NCBI GenBank assembly: GCA_963996245.1
Contig: CAXEIY010000213.1
Location: 1,371 to 65,370 of the forward strand
Direction: 5' to 3'
DNA length: 64,000 nucleotides
From: an uncultured Planctomycetia bacterium
Lineage (GTDB): Bacteria; Planctomycetota; Planctomycetia; CAXEIY01
Part shown: one piece after another, positions 60,812 to 64,000 of the stretch
How the letters are laid out: the number at the start of each line of letters is the position of its first letter
How positions within the stretch are numbered: the first letter of the stretch is position 1
The notes under the pieces: model-generated
Seen by the model: only the letters and a program-made list of their open reading frames with translations
Database searches by the model: none
What the model was told of the DNA's origin: nothing
Translations under genes and position numbers: made by a program

Positions 60812-61633
60812 TTACATATGCGAAGCCTGGCCCTGATCGGTGCTTATCTCATCTTCCGAAATTTTTTCCACACTCTGTGGATTAAATGTTTGTTGGGTAT
60901 CCACGCGCAATGCCACTTCAATTTTTCCACCCTGTAAGACAAAGAACTGAATCAGAAAGCCTCCACCCTGCATCTCTTCAATTTGGTAATGATCCGAATC
61001 CAGTTCCTGCAGCCAAGTTTCCTTTACGGAGTTGAAGTCTGGTTGTTCGATGACGGCCCTGGGCAACGCACAAATCAACGTTCCGGGTTCCTGACCCAAA
61101 GAATGAGCAATGGTTTTACGGATGTCCACCATATAGGGAATGACACGTGCCGCGTAGTTAATATCATCATCACCGTTACGCAATAATGGCTGTATTCCAA
61201 AAGTCAAATGATGAATAAATGGATTTCCATACCCTTGCGATAGCATTTGTTCACGAGCATGCTGATCAACGGGATGTACCACAGCCACATAATCAAACCA
61301 TCCTTCAGAACGCCTGGGGGAATCGACAGGCAAACCAGCAGGAACATTGATGTAATCACAGCCATCAACCGGAGATGGATAACATCGTGTATCCCATCCA
61401 TTTCGATAACCAACCGACTTCAGAAGCCCAGCAACGCGCGATGGCGGATCTGAAAAAATAGCGGCATGATCCGGTTGCGGCAACAACTGGACACCCGAAG
61501 CAAGAAGCTTGGTCGCAACAAGACGTGCTTCCTCAAATCGCTCTCTGGCATTTTCGATCTGCAGAATTTCTGCAATCTTGTCGGGCAAGTAAGTAACCGT
61601 TTTTTCATTTGTGATCGTCACAAGTAATGGCAC
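60812..61633 (-). CDS. Hypothetical protein
   Basis: A 273-aa ORF has coding-like composition. No recognisable motif was found. Confidence 0.4.
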   Translation of the reverse strand: MPLLVTITNEKTVTYLPDKIAEILQIENARERFEEARLVATKLLASGVQLLPQPDHAAIFSDPPSRVAGLLKSVGYRNGWDTRCYPSPVDGCDYINVPAGLPVDSPRRSEGWFDYVAVVHPVDQHAREQMLSQGYGNPFIHHLTFGIQPLLRNGDDDINYAARVIPYMVDIRKTIAHSLGQEPGTLICALPRAVIEQPDFNSVKETWLQELDSDHYQIEEMQGGGFLIQFFVLQGGKIEVALRVDTQQTFNPQSVEKISEDEISTDQGQASHM

Positions 61634-61819
61634 TCCCCTCTCGAATTTCTTCTAATTCCTAACCCCATCTTAACAGCATAACGCTGCCAACGTATTACCA
61701 GAAGATGCTAATACCCATCTGGACGAAACAACAAAATAATAAAATTGACAACCGCACAGCGCCTTGTAACGATGGAAATTAGCACTTGCTACCGGTTTTT
61801 CCCCTCTCTGAGGTAGCAG

Positions 61820-62332
61820 TTGAATATGTCTGCGTACTATTGCACACCGTTTCTAATTCTGGTTCGTGCGTTCAAAGTGGTGCACGCTTCTAGTGTCGCC
61901 CTGTTGGGGATAGGCATGTTTCTGGCATGCTTGACGGGTACTGTTGAAGCAGGCTGTCGTCATCCTTCGCTATCTCCGGATCAAATCTTCCGCCACGCCA
62001 AGAATCGAGTTGATGCGCGCAATCCATCCGCTCTTATAGAACGCACTGTGAACAAAAGTACCGCCCCAGAAAAAAACACTTCAAAACCCGAGACTCACAG
62101 CTTGGATTCTGATCGTGTGCAAACAGAAAAACCAGTCGAATTAAATCGCCTTTCCTGTGACATATCTGACCGCCAGAAAAGCACATCGTCTCATTCCGGT
62201 CCGGTTGGATCCATCTCCTCCCACACGCTGTTCTTTTATCCTGCGCCCCGAGTACCTTCCTCTTGTCGGTCACAACCGATTCTGTTGCAGCAGACAGTTG
62301 CCATCGAGCTTCCCCCTCCTCGAGTGAATTAG
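61820..62332 (+). CDS. Hypothetical secreted protein
   Basis: A hydrophobic N-terminal segment 'VALLGIGMFLACLTGTVEA' is present. No recognisable motif was found. Confidence 0.3.
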   Translation: MNMSAYYCTPFLILVRAFKVVHASSVALLGIGMFLACLTGTVEAGCRHPSLSPDQIFRHAKNRVDARNPSALIERTVNKSTAPEKNTSKPETHSLDSDRVQTEKPVELNRLSCDISDRQKSTSSHSGPVGSISSHTLFFYPAPRVPSSCRSQPILLQQTVAIELPPPRVN

Positions 62333-62556
62333 GTGTCTTTCAGACACCATTCATTCCTGTACATGGATTCGTACGAATTGCCATCAAGAGCAAAGGGTGT
62401 CTAATACCTCTCGACACAACTCTGCCAGTAAACTTTGTGCATTCACATCGATCTTATCGGGAATGAAGATCGTTCCGTTTAGGCTAGAAAATCGGATTCG
62501 TGCGTACCTAAATATAATGAATCCCTTTTCACCCAGATGACCTACTCACAAGGGGA

Positions 62557-63120
62557 TTGCTATACATGGCCACTCATATTGATTGGATTGAAGACCAGGA
62601 TGCAACTGGTGAACTCGCGTCGTTGTATCAAAACTGGAAGGAGAAAAATCCAGGCCGAGAGGAAATTCCGGGCATCCTCAAGTGTTTCAGCCTGTCTCCG
62701 TCTTTCCTGCGAGACATCATCCGTGCCAGTGATACCGTCCATTTTACAGATGGACATCTTGATCGACGCACCAAAGAAATGATCGCCACCTATGTTTCCG
62801 GATTAAACCAATGTCCCTATTGAATCGGTTCCCACGCATATTTCTTGCAGTTGCAAGACGGAACTGACGACCTTGTTCAGGCACTCCTAAATAACAACCT
62901 ACTACACAAGTCAGTTTCTGAAAAAGAACGATATTTATTGACGTTTGTTAAACAAGTTACAGAACATGCCTATCAGACCAGCAGGGATGACACTGACGTT
63001 TTACGACAATCGGGATGGACGGATCCTGAAATTGCAGAAACCGTCTATATTACGGCTCTGTTTGCGTTCTTCAATCGTGTCGCGGACGCTTTTGGGCTTG
63101 AGGACCCTGGTTATCGCTAA
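62557..63120 (+). CDS. AhpD-like / carboxymuconolactone-decarboxylase-family peroxidase-related protein; candidate selenoprotein (in-frame TGA at 62821-62823 in place of the active-site Cys)
   Basis: Two track ORFs (62557..62823 and 62845..63120) are in the same frame, separated only by a TGA. Read-through gives 'NQCPY-U-IGSHAY', the AhpD C-x-x-C-x-x-x-H catalytic motif with Sec at the second Cys. A hairpin lies 21 nt downstream of the TGA. Confidence 0.55.
62842..62859 (+). promoter_or_regulatory. Candidate SECIS-like hairpin downstream of in-frame TGA
   Basis: tcCTTGCagttGCAAGac: a perfect 5-6 bp stem with a G/U-containing apical loop lies about 21 nt 3' of the UGA. This is compatible with a compact bacterial SECIS. 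Confidence 0.35.
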
Positions 63121-63196
63121 CTTTCCAAAGACCATGTGAACAATCGTACAGTACCCATCGATTCAGACTGCTTCGCAGAACCAAGGAATACCTGTC

Positions 63197-64000
63197 ATGT
63201 GTGCCTCACCAGATACCTTACGAGACCGTAAAGGCCGTATTTACGAACCTGCTGTAGGTGCGAAGTTAAAAAAGCTTCTTTTGGTGCTTTTTGCTGTTAT
63301 TGCACTGCTGGGTGCTAACAGCTTTTACTTGGTCACCATACGTATTCTCGGGCCCACGGTTCAAAACTGGTTGTATCCCTGGATGTTTCTGATGCATCTG
63401 ATTCTGGGACTGCTCATTATTGTCCCGTTTATGATCTTCGCCGTACGTCACCTGTGGGCTGCCTGGGGACGGACCAATCGACGCGCGGTGCGCGCCGGAG
63501 TTGCCTTGCTTATCACCGCTGTGGTTCTCATCGTCAGCGGAGTGACCCTTTTACGATTACCCGGTGTATACGAAGTCAAAAATCCTACGACACATGGTTT
63601 CATGTACACCCTACATGTTGTCACACCTTTACTTGCTATTGCACTTTACATCGCACATCGTCGTGCTGGACCTCGTATTCAGTGGAAGTGGGGTTACCTT
63701 TGGGGCACCGTTGCTATTGTTATGACAGGTGGTCTGGCCATCTTACATCACGAAGATCCGCGACAATGGAACCTGCAACAATCAAGGGAAGGTTTGAAAT
63801 ATTTTGATCCTTCAGAAGCACGCACCAAAACAGGAGGATTCATTTCTGAGGAAATTCTAAGTTTCGATTGTCGTAGATGTCATGAGGATGTTTATCAGGG
63901 CTGGTTTCACTCCGCGCATCACTTGAGTTCCTTTAACAATCCTCCCTATTTATTCAGCATATCTGAGACACGTGATATGGCTCAAAAACGGGATGGCAAT
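63197..64000 (+). CDS. Membrane-anchored protein with a CxxCH heme-binding motif (putative c-type cytochrome), partial; runs off window end
   Basis: The frame is open from the ATG at 63197 to the window end. It is not in the ORF track because no stop falls in the window. Four predicted TM helices are followed by 'FDCRRCHEDVYQGWFHSAHH'. Confidence 0.45.
   Translation, partial: MCASPDTLRDRKGRIYEPAVGAKLKKLLLVLFAVIALLGANSFYLVTIRILGPTVQNWLYPWMFLMHLILGLLIIVPFMIFAVRHLWAAWGRTNRRAVRAGVALLITAVVLIVSGVTLLRLPGVYEVKNPTTHGFMYTLHVVTPLLAIALYIAHRRAGPRIQWKWGYLWGTVAIVMTGGLAILHHEDPRQWNLQQSREGLKYFDPSEARTKTGGFISEEILSFDCRRCHEDVYQGWFHSAHHLSSFNNPPYLFSISETRDMAQKRDGN

Noticed and set aside
62557-62823. Treating 62557..62823 and 62845..63120 as two small separate genes or a pseudogene
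   Set aside because: They share a frame. The TGA sits exactly on the catalytic Cys position, and a hairpin follows. Selenocysteine recoding is more likely than a nonsense mutation, though unverified.
63454-63807. 117-aa plus-strand track ORF
   Set aside because: It is in a different frame from the long open frame starting at 63197, which has TM helices and a CxxCH motif. It is Cys/His/Arg-rich and looks like an alternative-frame artefact.

Overview
This 64 kb window looks like Planctomycete chromosome (about 50% GC). The assignment rests on two PSCyt1/DUF1549/DUF1553 + DUF1501 gene pairs, several Tat-signal Gfo/Idh/MocA and xylose-isomerase-like TIM-barrel proteins, and tetrahydromethanopterin (H4MPT) C1-transfer genes (fhcC, mch, RimK-like ATP-grasp). 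Housekeeping genes on both strands include tig-clpP-clpP, cysK, purC, aroC, argB-argD, coaB, trpD and a tRNA-Cys(GCA). No CRISPR array, rRNA or recognisable mobile element was seen. The stand-out observations are: (i) an AhpD/CMD-family gene at 62557..63120 whose active-site Cys codon is an in-frame TGA followed by a hairpin, making it a strong selenoprotein candidate; (ii) a 1231-aa fused ResB/CcsB-CcsA (CcsBA) cytochrome c synthase carrying an inserted periplasmic module that is duplicated in the lipoprotein gene just upstream; (iii) fhcC-mch-ATP-grasp (minus strand, 50218..53173) next to a divergent Moco/NuoEF-like gene set, which includes tandem moeA genes, one fused to a PBP-like domain; (iv) a phytanoyl-CoA dioxygenase / SDR / VOC / phytanoyl-CoA dioxygenase mini-cluster; (v) an excisionase-type HTH protein with a long polyacidic linker and a C-terminal TM anchor; (vi) trigger factor with acidic N- and C-terminal extensions. 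All calls come from motif recognition by eye, since no database searches were possible.
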